A DNA stretch of 64,000 nucleotides, taken from the human T2T-CHM13v2.0 reference genome, Homo sapiens. A program made the translations under genes and the position numbers. Each line of letters starts with the position of its first letter. Position 1 is the first letter of the stretch. Where the stretch lies: the NCBI RefSeq assembly GCF_009914755.1, contig NC_060930.1; one strand, written 5' to 3'. Positions 28,266-41,395 of this stretch are shown here, in pieces. A model generated the notes under the pieces. The model saw nothing but the letters and a program-made list of their open reading frames with translations. It ran no database searches and was not told where the DNA came from.

Positions 28266-30917
28266 TGCAGGTAACAGATATTTTTATTTTTAGAAAATTG
28301 AGCAAATGCTCCAAATCTTAGGTTAAGAGTCAGAGAGGCAAGAATAGAAAATCATCCACCTGGGATGATTTGTCCTAGAGAGTGCAATTAACTCGCTCCC
28401 AAAGTGTTTTAAAGATCTGGGACATTTTTGATTAAGTAGGTGAAGGTTGGTAAAATTTGCCAACTTTTTCCATTCTGACTTCATTCACTTTTTGTACTTT
28501 AAATGTGATTTCATAGAACCAAGAAGTAATGAACCATCACATAAAAGGCTGACAGTCCATGGTGGCTTCAGGCACATGAGATACCTTTTATTCTACTATA
28601 TAGGGTTTCAGAAAAAAAAATTATGTATAGATTTGAAAGATTCATGGAAAATGGTTTGGAGGCAAGTTACACAAAACAGAATGATGGTTAGGGATGGAAG
28701 GGTATATTTCATTCATGGAAGGGAGATGTTTGAGACGTTATCATTGAGATGTGATATCAATTAATTAGGATTTTGTACATTTACATTACAAATCAAATTG
28801 GTATCATTATTTTGGATTCAGTGATTCAATGAACCTTAGTGTTACTGATGAGTAGTAGATACTTTACTTTCAAAACACTTTCAGATTGTTAGGCAGCAGT
28901 GGGGAAGATTGCAAGGAAAGCAGAGGTTGAAATAAGCCTTCCAGGTTTAAGGGTCTTGGTGCTCTTAAAAAATGTAGTGGTACTACAATAAAATATTTTA
29001 ACAGAAAGGAATCTCAAAGAGTAAGGCATTTCTACTTTGCACATGGGATTTTATACAAAGAACAACCATGCTATATTTCCTGAAGGTAATGTTATTTTTG
29101 AATGCAGGATGGGGTCGAATTATTAGCAATTACATTTTCACATGCAATATCATAGGAGTCTCTTGGCTTTTATACTCTTAGAATTTTTCAGTGACTCAGC
29201 AGATTGAGTTGCAATGTCAAAAGGAAGGAGTTGAGAAGCATGGCCTTGAGGGACAAAAGAAAGAAAACCAAGTCACGGAAGCTTTGCAATTTGTCCAAAA
29301 TTTTCAGCTCCTAAATCTATGTTCTTGAACTGTATATCCTCAGAGTTCTGTGAAATCGGGATAATAATAACCCAAATCCACAATGTTACTGTAGTATTAA
29401 ACTAGAAAATAAGTGATAAGTGCTTAACACAGTATGAAGCAGACACACTGCAAGATGCCGTAAGGTTACAATGAAACTAATTATGCTTATTAAACATTCT
29501 ATGCCTTCTTTACCATACCACACAGTAGTAACACAGACAATTTAGTACGGGGAACAGAGTTGGTAGAAAAGCTGCTGCTTCTTTGTTCTTGCAATGTCAG
29601 GGAGTGCTGGATTTTGGGTAGGTGTTGCAGGAACAGGGATAGGAGTTTGAGGTAGGTGGAAGAGGGAGGAAATAGAACAAGACCCAGGAGCCTGCCCATG
29701 ACACTGTTGTGAAAGTTAACATCCTTTTACCAAACACCCTGAGTCCGCCTACTACCCCAATGTTAGCAAAAGTATTTGAAAAAGGGCTCATTCATTTACA
29801 AATTCTTTATTCTGAATTGATAGTTCTCCAAAATAAGGGAGACTAATTTCACGGCAGTCCCCCAAATGCAGGGGTTGCTTGCATGGCATTGAGAACCATG
29901 CTTCTTGCTCCAGTGGCACATGGGCAGGCTTGTGTATGCTAAAGAATGGAGATTCACAGCAGGAATGGGGAGAGACCTTTAAAGCTCACAGTAAGTTAAG
30001 CATATGGGTAAAATAGACTGCCTGTTATGCACACCACCCTCTTATGTGACCCTTTCGGAAAAAAACTTCTCAATATAAGGAAATTATGACCTACTCAAAG
30101 GAATTATCTCCCTGCTTTCAGCTCCACTGAGTTATTCAACTTCTGTCAGTGTAACTTTCTATTTGAGTTATATAGGGAAGAAAAAAAAAAAAACATTTGG
30201 CTTAACTTGGTATAGTATTTTTCAAAATTCAAGCATCCCTAGAGTTCTTAGAAAGTAATGAGCATTGAGTTTGTCTTTGGCCCAGAGAGTTTTTATCCAC
30301 TGTCTTGGAAGAAGTTGACAGTTCTGACACTTGATCATTCATACCTGGTGACTTGTGTGTCTCCAGTGAAACTCGAAGACAGAACCCAGTCTCTAATGAT
30401 AGAAAAAAAAAAAAAGGAAAGCAAAGAAAATGTGTTTTCTTAACCACCATTATAGGAGATGGACAGTTCATATTTTAAGGTAAAAAATGAAATTTTTCTT
30501 GGGTCTCTTAAATGGGGGAAGTTTGATATTTAATCAGGTTAAAACTATTATCAAATAAGATCATTTTGATTATCCGGTGACTTTTTGTTATATGACATCC
30601 ATTAGGGGTTCAGTTTAATTGCTAAGTAATGTGTTGGTGGCTAGAACATATTTTATTGAGATCTTATTTGAAAAAGCATCTGTAAATTTTCATCAAACAT
30701 CTCAAATTACATCTTTCAAAAATCCATGACTATACTTAAATTTCTATGAGCTAATTGCTCAGACAATAAACAACAATAAGTAATGAACAATGGTATTTGT
30801 TCCTAATCTTTTTTCTAAATGTTAATTATACAGTTCTTTTTTTGTTTTCAGTTTCATTTTTAGATTCCACTGACTGGCTTGTGTTTCAGGAACTGGGCTA
30901 ACCCAGAGAACAACACA

Positions 30918-31329
30918 TGTATCAGTCAGGGCTCAACCAGAGAAAGAGAATCATTAGGAGAGGTACATATTAAGAGATTTATTGCAGTGAATTGATTGAC
31001 ACAGTTGTCAGGGCTGGCTAGGCAAATCCGAAATCGACAGGACAGGGCATCAGGAAGGGCAGGCTGGAACTCTTGGGAACTAGCAGAAGTTGCTGTCCAC
31101 AGGTGAAATTTATTCTTCATCAGGGAAGCCTCAACTCTACTTTAACATGTATTAACTGAGGGAATCAGGTCCACTCAATTGTCTAGGAGAATTCCCTTAC
31201 TAGAAGTCAATTGATTATGGATTTTGAAAATATCAACAAAATGCCTTCACAGCAACATGTGGACTGGTGTTTGATTAAATAACTGGGGACTGTAGCCTAG
31301 CTAAGTTGACACATCTGAAGACCATCACA
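30918..31329 (-). mobile_element. MLT2D/E-like ERVL solo LTR
   Basis: tgtatcagtcagggctcaaccagagaa..gagatttattgc..gccttcacagcaaca..gcctagctaagttgacaca..accatcaca. Confidence 0.85.
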
Positions 31330-31974
31330 ACATGTCAGCATATAACTGATCCATGTGAATAGCAAATAATTAATACTAATTGACTATTTTATTCAAACAG
31401 GGCTTATTTTTGCATTCCCAAAAAGATTTCATTTTGAAGATGCTTCAGCATTGCCTTCTAATTCTCAGTATAACCTCAAATAAATAAGTCAGTAGGTGAC
31501 GCGGGTTGGGTTTTCATCTGGAGAAAATCTCTGAGTTATCTAAACCAGATATTAATGCTCCAGGCCTATAAATATCAGCACATAGCTGCTATTTGGAGGA
31601 CATGGGATTATCTTCTTTTCTTTCTCCAACTTCTTTTTAGTCTTAATAGGGGAAACCATTCTTTCATGGAATTGATTATTTGCTGCTATGGTAAAGAAGT
31701 AATAGGATTTTTAAAAATGTATAAAATAATGTTGAATACATGATGGCTAAGTTCCCAGGCTTGCCCCTACAAACTCAGTTCAAAGATCAAAAACTGGACC
31801 CTTTAGCTGTATACCCCCATTTGGAGAGTTCTTCCTTAAGGCAACTATACCACAAACTTACAGCTAGTTTATGAAGTATATATACACCCAACTGATATCA
31901 CTTCCCTGTGTACTCATTTGTTAAATTGTTCTATTTTTAGTATAATAATTATTTCTAATTGTTTCTCATAAGGT

Positions 31975-32530
31975 AACGTTTATCGAGTTTCTACTACATG
32001 CTAGACTTGATGCCAGAAGCTGTGGTATAAAACCACAAAGGCAAAGGAAACAGCCTTACAGAGCTTAATTGTGCATTCAATTTGGGGTAATTGGTATAAT
32101 AAGGGAAGTAGAAAATTCTGTAAGAGAATATATGGGGGCACCAGCGAATTTCTAATGATTTTTTTTCTAGAGGAATTAATAGCTAAACTGAGATTCACTT
32201 GGTTTAGGGCAGGAGGGAATGGAAAGGGCAGGAGGAGAGGAAGCACATGCATGAAAGATAAGAAGTGAGATAGCATGATGGATTATGAGAGAGGTTGTAT
32301 CAGGTTGAAGCATAGAATTCAAAATGAGAGGGTTGGAGTGTCCAGAGATGAGATTGGGTGGGGGGCGGTAAGTAAAGGCCAGATATTAGAAGAAATTAAT
32401 TTTAATCTTCACCTGCAGAAAATCAAAAGGCATCAGAGAGCTGGAAGTGAAAAAGCAAGAAGGGGGCAGATTTGCATTTTAGAAAAATCTCTCTGCTTGT
32501 AGTATAGATGACAGATTGAAGAAAGGGATC
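31975..32530 (-). mobile_element. L2 fragments
   Basis: tttatcgagtttctactacatgctagac..; cagatttgcattttagaaaatctctctg. Confidence 0.6.
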
Positions 32531-32678
32531 CTGTAAATCAGAAGGTAATGGATGTTTCAATTTTACACATTATTGTACATATATTCCCACTGACTAGTTC
32601 AGTGCTTGAAATACAGTAGGCATTGATTTATTAATGTATTCTTTCATTTCATTCCATATGCATTAGTCACTTAACTGC

Positions 32679-32739
32679 TGTGTTAGTCAGTTTCTCCAAA
32701 GAAAGAACCAATAGGAGATAGATAGATAGATGGAAAGAT

Positions 32740-32792
<53 letters not shown>

Positions 32793-33283
32793 GGATGAAA
32801 GGAGATTTATTGGGGGAATTGGGTCACATGACCAGGGAGGCTGCAAAGTCTCATGAGAAGCTGTCTGCAAGCTAGAGACCCTGGGATGCTGGTAGCATGT
32901 CTCAGTACAAGTATGCAGGCCTCAGAACCAGGGAAGCTGATGGTGTAACTCTTAGTGTGAGGCAGAAAGCCTAAGAACCTAGGGGGCCATTGGTGTAAGT
33001 CCTGGAGTCCAAAAGCTGGAGGGCCTGGAGTCCCAATGTCTGAGGCGGTAAAAGAAGAATGTCTCCTAGCTCCCAGAGAAAAAGAGAGAGTCCAATTCAC
33101 CCTTTTTTCTAATTTTTTTGCTCTATCCTGGGTCTCAGCTAATTGAATGGTGCCTGGCCACTTTGAGGGTGGATCTTCCCCCAGGCAGTCCTCTCAGACT
33201 CATAAGCTGAGCTCTTCTGGAAATACTCTCATTCTAGATATTCCTTAATCCAGTCAAATTGACACCTAAGATTAACCATCACA
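32679..33283 (-). mobile_element. MLT2B-family solo LTR with perfect 5-bp TSD
   Basis: TG...CA termini flanked by ACTGC (32674-32678) and ACTGC (33284-33288); ends caaattgacacctaagattaaccatcaca. Confidence 0.92.
32716..32792. repeat. Compound tetranucleotide STR (AGAT)4 GGAA AGAT T (AGAT)13
   Basis: Read directly; pure run at 32741-32792. Confidence 0.95.
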
Positions 33284-33389
33284 ACTGCTCTCTATAATAC
33301 TCCATGCTATATGCAAAGAAGATAGTAAGTACTAAATTAGACTGGCATGGTCTAAGCCATAATGGGTCTCATGGGAGAGGGAGATAAAC

Positions 33390-33990
33390 AATAAATTAAT
33401 GAATAAGATAATTATATATTGTGCTAAACTCCATGAAAGAAAACAAAGATTGCTCCGATAGAGAACAGCATGTGCTACTTCAGGTAAGGTTGTCAGAGAA
33501 AACCTGCTTAAGGAGGTGGTAGCCTTAAGATAGAAATTGGAAAATGAGTATTTTAGAATAAACCGCAAAAAGTAAAATCAGGTGGGAGCTATTACAAAGA
33601 CCCAAAAAGGATATGATAAGTATCAATACAATAGGTCATAATTGTATTGTAGGTCAGAGAACTCATAATTAAGTAGGGGGTGGAGGCAGACTAGGGGAAT
33701 ATATTTGTAGTACAATGTGAAGAATAATAGAGTTATGTCCAAAATGCTACAAGAGAATATAGGAATAAATACTTCTTTTGGATATATATAGAGGAAGTCT
33801 TCACAGAGAGGGTAGAATTAGATCTGCTTTTGAAAAATAGGTAGGACTTCACCAGAGAGGGAAATGCATGAAGTTCAGTGAGGAATGGCCAGTCTGAGGG
33901 CTGAGCTTGAGTAAAGGCATGAGAGATGCAACAAAAAAGCATGGTATTCCTGGGAACAGTGACAGGACTAGATGGGCTTTAACGTAGAGT
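33390..33990 (-). mobile_element. L2 fragments
   Basis: ggttgtcagagaaaacctgcttaaggaggtg; gaggaagtcttcacagagagggtag..gagtaaaggcatgaga. Confidence 0.5.
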
Positions 33991-34728
33991 CTGTAGCAGA
34001 CAGAGGGCTTGTGATCTACCTTGCTCTGAAAGGATATTCTTACTCTGCTAACCCAGAAATACACCTTATAATGGAGCTGGACTAAAATAGACCCGTTTTA
34101 TGATGGTGCCTCATTTGACTTTTCCATGGTCTGACTGCAATGCTCAAAGTTTGTCACTCCATATTTGTTATTGTTTTGTATAAAGTCCACTCAAACCACC
34201 ATTTTTGCCTTTAAATAGTTGTCTGGCTTTCCAGAGTAACCAACATAATACATTACTAAACATGTCCATTAATAATTTCAATTTAGTTTTAAGAGTGTAA
34301 AGGGATCTCAAAGTCTTCTAATTTGGTCTCTTCCTTAATGATAGTTAGTCTTAGGATAATCAAGCATGTATTTATTTTTCCATCTATGTCAGTATTTCTC
34401 TTTTTTTGTCTTTTCTCTCTGGCCTTTGTCTCTTTTTTCTCAACCACTCTCTGTTTTCTTTCTGAATTGCTTTTCTCCATCATACTTCCTAATATTACAA
34501 ATCTATAGCTGCCTCCCCAAAAAACTTGCCCTTGCAAGAAGCAACAAATAGATGTGAATAACGTTCTAGAGACATCCTGATTTTTGTGCCCTTACTCTTA
34601 GGTCTTATTAGAATAGTGTTCCTATAAGCAGTGGCCTTTTAAACATATTTTAATAATATTTCTGATATTTTAAAAATGTGTTTTATCATTAAAAAAATTA
34701 ACATCACCACCAAAAATCTTCTCCTTTA

Positions 34729-34812
34729 TGATGTGCTTATTTCACAGCACATGCCTGTATCAAAACATCTCATATAGCCCATAAATATATATACCTATTG
34801 TGTATCCACAAA
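34729..34812 (+). mobile_element. Short L1MA 3' terminus
   Basis: catgcctgtatcaaaacatctcat..cccataaatatatatacctattgtgtatccacaaa. Confidence 0.85.
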
Positions 34813-34813
34813 C

Positions 34814-35111
34814 TTTTTTTTTTTTTTTTGAGACAGAGTCTCGCTCTGTTGCCCAGGCTGGAGTGCAGTGGCTCGATCTCAGCTCACTGTAAGCTCCGCC
34901 TCCTGGGTTCACGCCATCCTCCTGCCTCAGCCTCCTGAGTAGCTGGGACTACAGGTGCCTGCCACCATGCCCGGCTAATTTTTTTGTATTTTTAGTAGGG
35001 ACGGGGTTTCACCGTGTTAGCCAGGATGGTCTCGATCACCTGAACTTATGGTCTGCCCGCCTCAACCTCCCAAAGTGCTGGGATTACAGGCGTGAGCCAC
35101 AGCACCTGACC
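34814..35111 (-). mobile_element. AluY inserted in the L1MA tail
   Basis: taagctccgcctcctgggttcacgccat..accgtgttagccaggatggtctcgatc. Confidence 0.95.
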
Positions 35112-35883
35112 AAACATTTTAAGAAAATACTGTATATTCTAGAAAACTTGTTCTAAAATTGTTCTGTAAATCTGACTCTATGTATGTATTAGATTATATA
35201 TATGTATGTATATGTATGTATCAGACTCTAGTATGTATTAGATTTGTCCAGTTGAAAAATGTGCTAATACCATTGTGCCTTAATTTTGTTTTCTTTTTAG
35301 GTAAATGTTATCAACTGTAGAGACTGAAAATTAGGAATATACCAAACATCATTAAGAATTTTAATGCTTTTTTCTTTCATTTAAACAATATAGTTTAAAT
35401 AAGCTTATATCCAGTTTATAAATCTGAAATAGATAATTAGTGGTAAAAAAAACATAGTAGACTTCTGCTTTGAGAACAGCATCAAACATTGCTGTTTCAA
35501 AATGCCACTTAAAATCATCTGACCTACATTGTCATCTTCTTTTGAATGGTTTTTATTGCCATGTTAACAGCTTGACCTGAAGTTTGTCTTCTTTGGCCTC
35601 CAGTGGAAAAATATCATTCGGTTGACTGGTTCTTAGAAAAGTTTATTAAAGTTGGCTACACAATTTAACAGTGTAACAGAAACTGGGGCTAATGCAAACT
35701 GTGGCTCGAAGGGGCAGCATTTAGCATGGAAGAGTCCTGTTCCTCTAAACTGTAAAACATTCACAGCAGAGTCACCGTGTACTTTCAGGAGCCACCTCAC
35801 ACGCTGAAGTCAAGTTATCACTCAATAAATTGTTGAGAACATTTCATTGGCAGTGAAATCTTTTAAGAAAGCTTTTCCAGCTA

Positions 35884-35901
35884 AGCACCACCTGCTGGAG
35901 G
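35884..35901 (-). promoter_or_regulatory. CTCF-like motif
   Basis: Minus strand cctCCAGCAGGTGGTGCt against core CCASYAGRKGGCRS (one mismatch). Confidence 0.45.
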
Positions 35902-36629
35902 CCACCTGTTTTCTGAGCAACAAGGTACCCAATCAAGGAGCCCAACTTGGTTTGGGTTTCTAAGGCATCTTTCCAGATTCTATAGCATTGAAAAGCTAGA
36001 GACAATTTGGTGCAGGTGAAGTCTAAATATTATGAACAAAGATTATTTATTGAGACTCCATTAGTAACTCCATTAATAGACATATATGTCTATCACTATG
36101 TTATAAAAAAGTGGATAAGACTGGAGGAGCCTTGTGGGATCTATACTTAATTTGAGAAGACAAGCATATATAATTACCTAGTTATATTGATTCTTATATT
36201 TAAAGAGTGCAAATGAGCCATAGGTCAGTGAGGTAGGAGAGGAGAAAGCAAAGTAATGAAAATTTCTCATCCATTATGACACACAGAATACCTACTAGAA
36301 TAAGTTAACCTTTGTGTATGTTCTTGTTGGAAATCTCTGTAGTGTTGCTGCTAAATGGTAGTGTGTTCATTGTCAAATTTGTTGCCCAGAGAGCAATACC
36401 TTGAGTTGGTGCATTGACTTCACTTGCGTTCTTCTCGACTGATAACATTGTTTTATTTACCGATAAAAATCATGATTCATAAACATAGCACAGGTTCAAC
36501 AGAGGGCTGAATTAATATTTTAAGGCATTTGTCTGAGCAACTAATAACAACACAGCCTGTCTTGAAAGGTCTCTAATATTATTATGCTCTCATAATATTT
36601 AGAATAAGAGGAAGATTATGCCAACAATA

Positions 36630-36960
36630 GAGTCATTCATTTATTCAAATCAAGAGAGGAATGTAGGTGCCTACTGTGTGCCAGGCACTGGGGTAGGAGC
36701 TGAAAGGCAACATTTACTAAGACATGGCCTTTCTTTTGTGTGTTTTCAGCAAGAATATGCATGCAGAGCCCATAGTCTATATGAAGTGATAGATAACATT
36801 CTTAATTACAATATAAAATGAAAGCATTAATAGGTACAAGTAAAACATGTCTGGGGAGCATCAAGAATAGAGGAATATTTGCAAGGTGAAGGCTTCCCAG
36901 AGAGGTGACTTTAGAGGCTTATCTTGAAGGAAGAATAGATGTTGTAAGGCAGATAGGCTG
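36630..36960 (-). mobile_element. L2 3' fragment
   Basis: tcattcatttattca..gtgcctactgtgtgccaggcactgggg..gaaggcttcccagagaggtgac. Confidence 0.75.
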
Positions 36961-36989
36961 TATTACAGTAGTAGCAAAATCATTTTATC

Positions 36990-37200
36990 ATGTATATTTT
37001 GCCGACTATTTTGTTACACATATCTTTTTTCTTTGCAATACATTTTATTAATTATCCTAATAACTCTGTGATTCAGGTACCATTGTCATCTCCATTTTAG
37101 AGAATGAAAAAAGTACCAAGTATAGAGAGGTTAGTAATTTGTCAAGGTCTCCCAGCCTGTGTGTGGAGAGCGATCACTGCTGAGCCTGATCTCTTATCCA
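36990..37200 (-). mobile_element. MIR
   Basis: taataactctgtga..tctccattttagagaatgaaaaaa..agagaggttagtaatttgtcaaggtc. Confidence 0.7.
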
Positions 37201-38383
37201 CCTAAATGAAACCATGTGTCACTGTGCTGGTGAGAGGAATAGACACAAGGGTTGTGAAAAACTTAGCATGATTTTCTGGCCCTGGTTATTAGAATTCAGT
37301 TTTGGTGAGACTGTGAGATCGAGAATAAGGTCCAGATCGTATGATTCTTTTACATCCCTTTCAATGCCCTATATAAATTTCCTAGATAATTACAGACATG
37401 AACTCTTTTTATGTGTATGTGTGAAAATATTTTTGAAGCAGAAAGTCATTTACAGATACAAAGTACAACTTTTAAAATATTTGGGATAAAGATGTTCTCT
37501 GAAGCAAGTTCCTTGCCATTGATTCATGAGTATTGAGTCTTTACTAAGGAAACTTTGCAAAATCATAAATGATACATAAATAAGTGATGTGCTTGCAAGA
37601 TTCTGACAAAGTCAGTTAGTATCAAAAAAGAGACATAAATAAATTAGTTCCTTGTTGAATAAAATGTATGAAAAAAATCAGAAGAATGAACCTTAAAGGA
37701 TTCAGATCCTCACTTAATTATATGGGTAGTGAAATCTAACTGCCATAAAACGTCAGCTTCTGTGAATACATCCACAATTCCAGATATAACAGCCTGCCTT
37801 TTGCTGTGACATTGTTTATCAATTTCTGGAGGCTCACTAGGTGCATTTAATATTTAAATACAAGGGAAACCGAGAAGAGAAGACATTCTTCCTGCCACAC
37901 GTATAGATTATAACACATCGTTGTGGAAATAATATGATAAAGACAACATCATGGCTGCACCACCATTAAATCTGTTCTCTTAGTTCTTTAGTGGAAAGAT
38001 GTGGAGTCACCTACCCACGGTTTGCTTGATTTCTTCATCTTTGAAGAGCTAAATTATGTTATGTTTTAGAAATGATTTTTTGATTTCTCTTTTCTCCAAA
38101 TCCCTTGATTGCTCAAGCCTGGGTTATTTTTAAAAGCTTTAGATTTTCTTTGCACTCATTTCTCATTTAGAGTTTGAAATGATATGATCAAGTACATCTG
38201 CCTTAAGAAATAGCATTTAAATCAAGATCTGGATGAATTTGAAGTAGTTTTTTAAAAGTAGAGAGCATTTTATTAACTAAGTTTCTGCCCATGGGAATAT
38301 TTTAAATGTGTGAGGATAAAGAGAATATGTTATCTTCCCAGCAGCTGGTGTGAGAAAGCTTGTTGAGAAGAGGCTTTGATAAA

Positions 38384-38398
38384 GCCACCAGGGGGTGA
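38384..38398 (+). promoter_or_regulatory. CTCF-like motif
   Basis: gCCACCAGGGGGTGa against core CCACCAGGGGGCGC. Confidence 0.4.
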
Positions 38399-38524
38399 GA
38401 ACAATACTTTGGAGTCTTGGGTAGAACTTATGCCTAGGTTTCATGTAAGGAAGAGAGTAGCGCTGAAAAATGAAGAATGAATGAAATAAGAGTTAGAATG
38501 GTCAGTGTGTGGGACAGCCCAGAA

Positions 38525-38790
38525 CGGCGGTTTTGAAAGTGTAGGACATATCCCATTAGTAAGTCATGGAATCAGTTAATGGATGTCAACCAGCCACTTA
38601 AAAAAAAAGGGGGAGGAAGAGAATAGGAAATATTGGTATGTAAGACATAGTGAAGATTAATAATTTTTAAGGAAATATTTGCATGTCACATATAGTGAAG
38701 ATTAAGTATTGTTTTGTAAAATGTTTCAATTTTATGTGTGTGCATATGTATTGGGTAAATATATTTCTTATAGAATCTTGGTAAAAATAA
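38525..38790. mobile_element. hAT-Charlie-type MITE with internal duplication of about 50 bp
   Basis: cggcggttttgaaagtg..cccattagtaagtcatggaatca..; ggaaatatt...atagtgaagattaa occurs twice. Confidence 0.55.
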
Positions 38791-38962
38791 ATTACAAAAA
38801 ATGATCTACAGAGAAAGGGAATGTGAATTAATGGTAGGACAGGGGCTTTCTTTGGGGAAGAATAAAGCTAAGAGTTTATAAACCCTTTCCATCTCTCTGG
38901 CAAAAACTTCAGTGAATTCTACCTTGTTACAAATACCTCCAATAAAATGAATCTTGTTGTTT

Positions 38963-38987
38963 TGTGTGTGTGTGTGTGTGTGTGTGT
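38963..38987. repeat. (TG)12 microsatellite
   Basis: Read directly. Confidence 0.95.
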
Positions 38988-39739
38988 ATGCACTTGTGCA
39001 CACATATGGGAGTGTATAAGCTTAGTATTAGGAACAGGGAAGGTATCAAGGAGGTAGAAAAGAACAGATGACCGTGAGTACGTAGAATTACATATCTGTG
39101 TATATGGATATGTAGAATTACATGTGTGCGTGTGTCCATATTTGAGTGTCTTTAATGTATCCACATATCATGGATACTGCATTTAAATTTTTGGATACAT
39201 TTAAATAATATCATCTGTAGGTGAGAAACTAATAAATTTCAAATAGCTTTATTGAAAATGGAAAGCAGTGTAAATATAGGTAGTTACTTAATTATTCAAT
39301 TTAATTTTGAATTCTGTCACTTGAAATGAGATGTACGATTAACTAAATGTGTATTATCAGGTCCAATGCCAAAAGTCACTTTATTTTTAAGAAATTTTTT
39401 TCACATTGCTGATTTTCAAGGTACTATCAGAAAGATTGTCAGAGTATGCTATTTTAATATTTTTTCACAAAAACATTAGTCTGAAAAGTCCACCTATGTG
39501 CAAGAGTGTGAGTTCCTCTGCATATATATCCCAATATTTTGTGTTAGAATTTAATGTCATGTTTTACTCTGTTTTCTACAATTCATTATCTTCATCTGTA
39601 GATTAAATAATTTTAGGAGTATTTCAGAAACTGCTGAATATTTTTTAGCATCTTCATTAAGACAAATATTTTTCCTTTTTCCTTCCTCTTACCCATTCTT
39701 CCTTTATATTCTTTCCTTCTTTTCATATATAAACTGAGT

Positions 39740-40130
39740 TTCTCCCATGTGCCATAAGCTGGGAAGACAGACACTGTCCCTGTCCTCATAGAGTTACAGT
39801 AAAGGGGAAGGACAAGGAGTGAGAGCGCACATCGTTGGGCATCTAGCATAGAAGTAGGGGTTTGGAGGAAGTCCCTGGGTCAAATGACATCTCAGATGCT
39901 ACCTCAAGTATCAGAAATGCATGACCAGGCAAGTCAGAGCTGGGATGAGGTGAAAGTGTTATAGGAAGAAGAAATAGCATGTGCATAGGGTGGGTGACAA
40001 GATGAACATGGGAGAGAGAGGTGAGAGACGACCACAGAGAGGTGAGAAGGGGCTACATCTCGCTATGAAATCTACTGAAACCAGGTAAGAGTCTGGTTGT
40101 GTCGTAAAAGCAATGGGGACTTGCTGATGG
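39740..40130 (-). mobile_element. L2 fragment
   Basis: gtccctgtcctcatagagttacagt..ataggaagaagaaatagcatgtgca..gcaatgggga. Confidence 0.6.
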
Positions 40131-40211
40131 CATTTACGCCAGCTCCACTTGAGTAGGAATATATTTCTGAAAACAACCCAAAGCCACTCAACATCCAGTG
40201 TAGACTTAGAC

Positions 40212-41083
40212 CAGAGGTCAAGAAATTTTTTTTGTAAAGAATCAGAGATTTTTTTAAAAATTATACTTTAAGTTCTGGGATACATGTGCAGAACGTGCAG
40301 GTTTGTAACATAGGTATGCACGTTCCATGGTGGTTTGCTGCACTCACCAACCAATCCGTCACCTACATTAGATATTTCTCCTAATGCTCTCCCTCCCTTA
40401 GCCTCCCACCCGCTGACAGGCCCCAGTGTGTGATGTTCCCCTCCCTGTGTCCATGTGTTCTCATTGTTCAAATCCCACTTATGAGTGAGAACATGCAGTC
40501 TTTGGTTTTCTGTTCCTGTGTTAGTTTGCTGAGAATGATGGTTTCCAGCTTCATCTGTGTCCCTGCAAAGGGCATGAATTCATCCTTTTTTATGGCTGCA
40601 TAGTATTCTATGGTGTATATGTACCACATTTTCTTTATTCAGTCTATCATTGATGGGCATTTGGGTTGGTTCTAAGTCTTTGTTAGTGTGAGTAGCGCTG
40701 CAATAAACATATGTGTGCATGTGCTTTTATGGTAGAATGATTTATAATCCTTTGGGTATATACCCAGTAATGGGATTGGTGGGTCAAATGGTATTAAATA
40801 ATTTAGGCTTTGTGGGCCATGTAGTCTCTGTCACAACTACTAAACTCTTGTTGTGCTATGTACACAGCCATAAACCATTTGTATACAAATGAGTGAGATG
40901 ATGTTCTAATAAGATATTACTTACAGACATTGAAATTTGTATTTCATATAATTTTTATGTTCCACAAAATACTCATCTTTTTATTTTTTCTCAACCATTT
41001 AAGAATGGTTCTTAGGTCACAGACCACACAAAAGTAGGCTCTGAGTCAGATTTGGCCCACAGACTCTAGTGTGCTGAACCCTA
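40212..41083 (+). mobile_element. MER58B hAT-Charlie MITE split by L1PA
   Basis: cagaggtcaagaaa..tgtaaag [L1] tttaggctttgtgggccat..gtctctgtcacaactact..tcaaccatttaa..gatttggcccacag..gctgaaccct. Confidence 0.85.
40249..40795 (-). mobile_element. L1PA (about PA6-8) 3' end
   Basis: ttatactttaagttctgggatacatgtgcagaacgtgcagg..cccacttatgagtgagaacatgc..gggtcaaatggtatt. Confidence 0.95.
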
Positions 41084-41395
41084 CTCTATAGAGAAACTCA
41101 GGTGTGTAACCTAGGTAGCAACATTTGGGTGGTGCCTGAGGACACCTACAGAGTAAAGCACCTGGTTAATCCTTGCTTCTAACTCTAATTCTAATGGCTG
41201 AATGCAAAGGTACTTTAAGTATTATGTACAATTGTAAAGACTCTTAAGATGATGCCTTGGAGGGACAATACATATTTTTTATCTGTTCTGATATGTTTAA
41301 GGAGAATTAATGTTTTCTAAAACAAATCAAGTCTTCAAGTGTTTTCACATGCTAATGATGGAAACAGGCATTATAAGAAAGACATACATGGTAAA

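Noticed and set aside
35174-35244. Short local duplications (gactcta..gtatgtattagatt x2; similar at about 20900, 39083, 46003 and 60840)
   Set aside because: Ordinary slippage duplications in low-complexity or repeat DNA.
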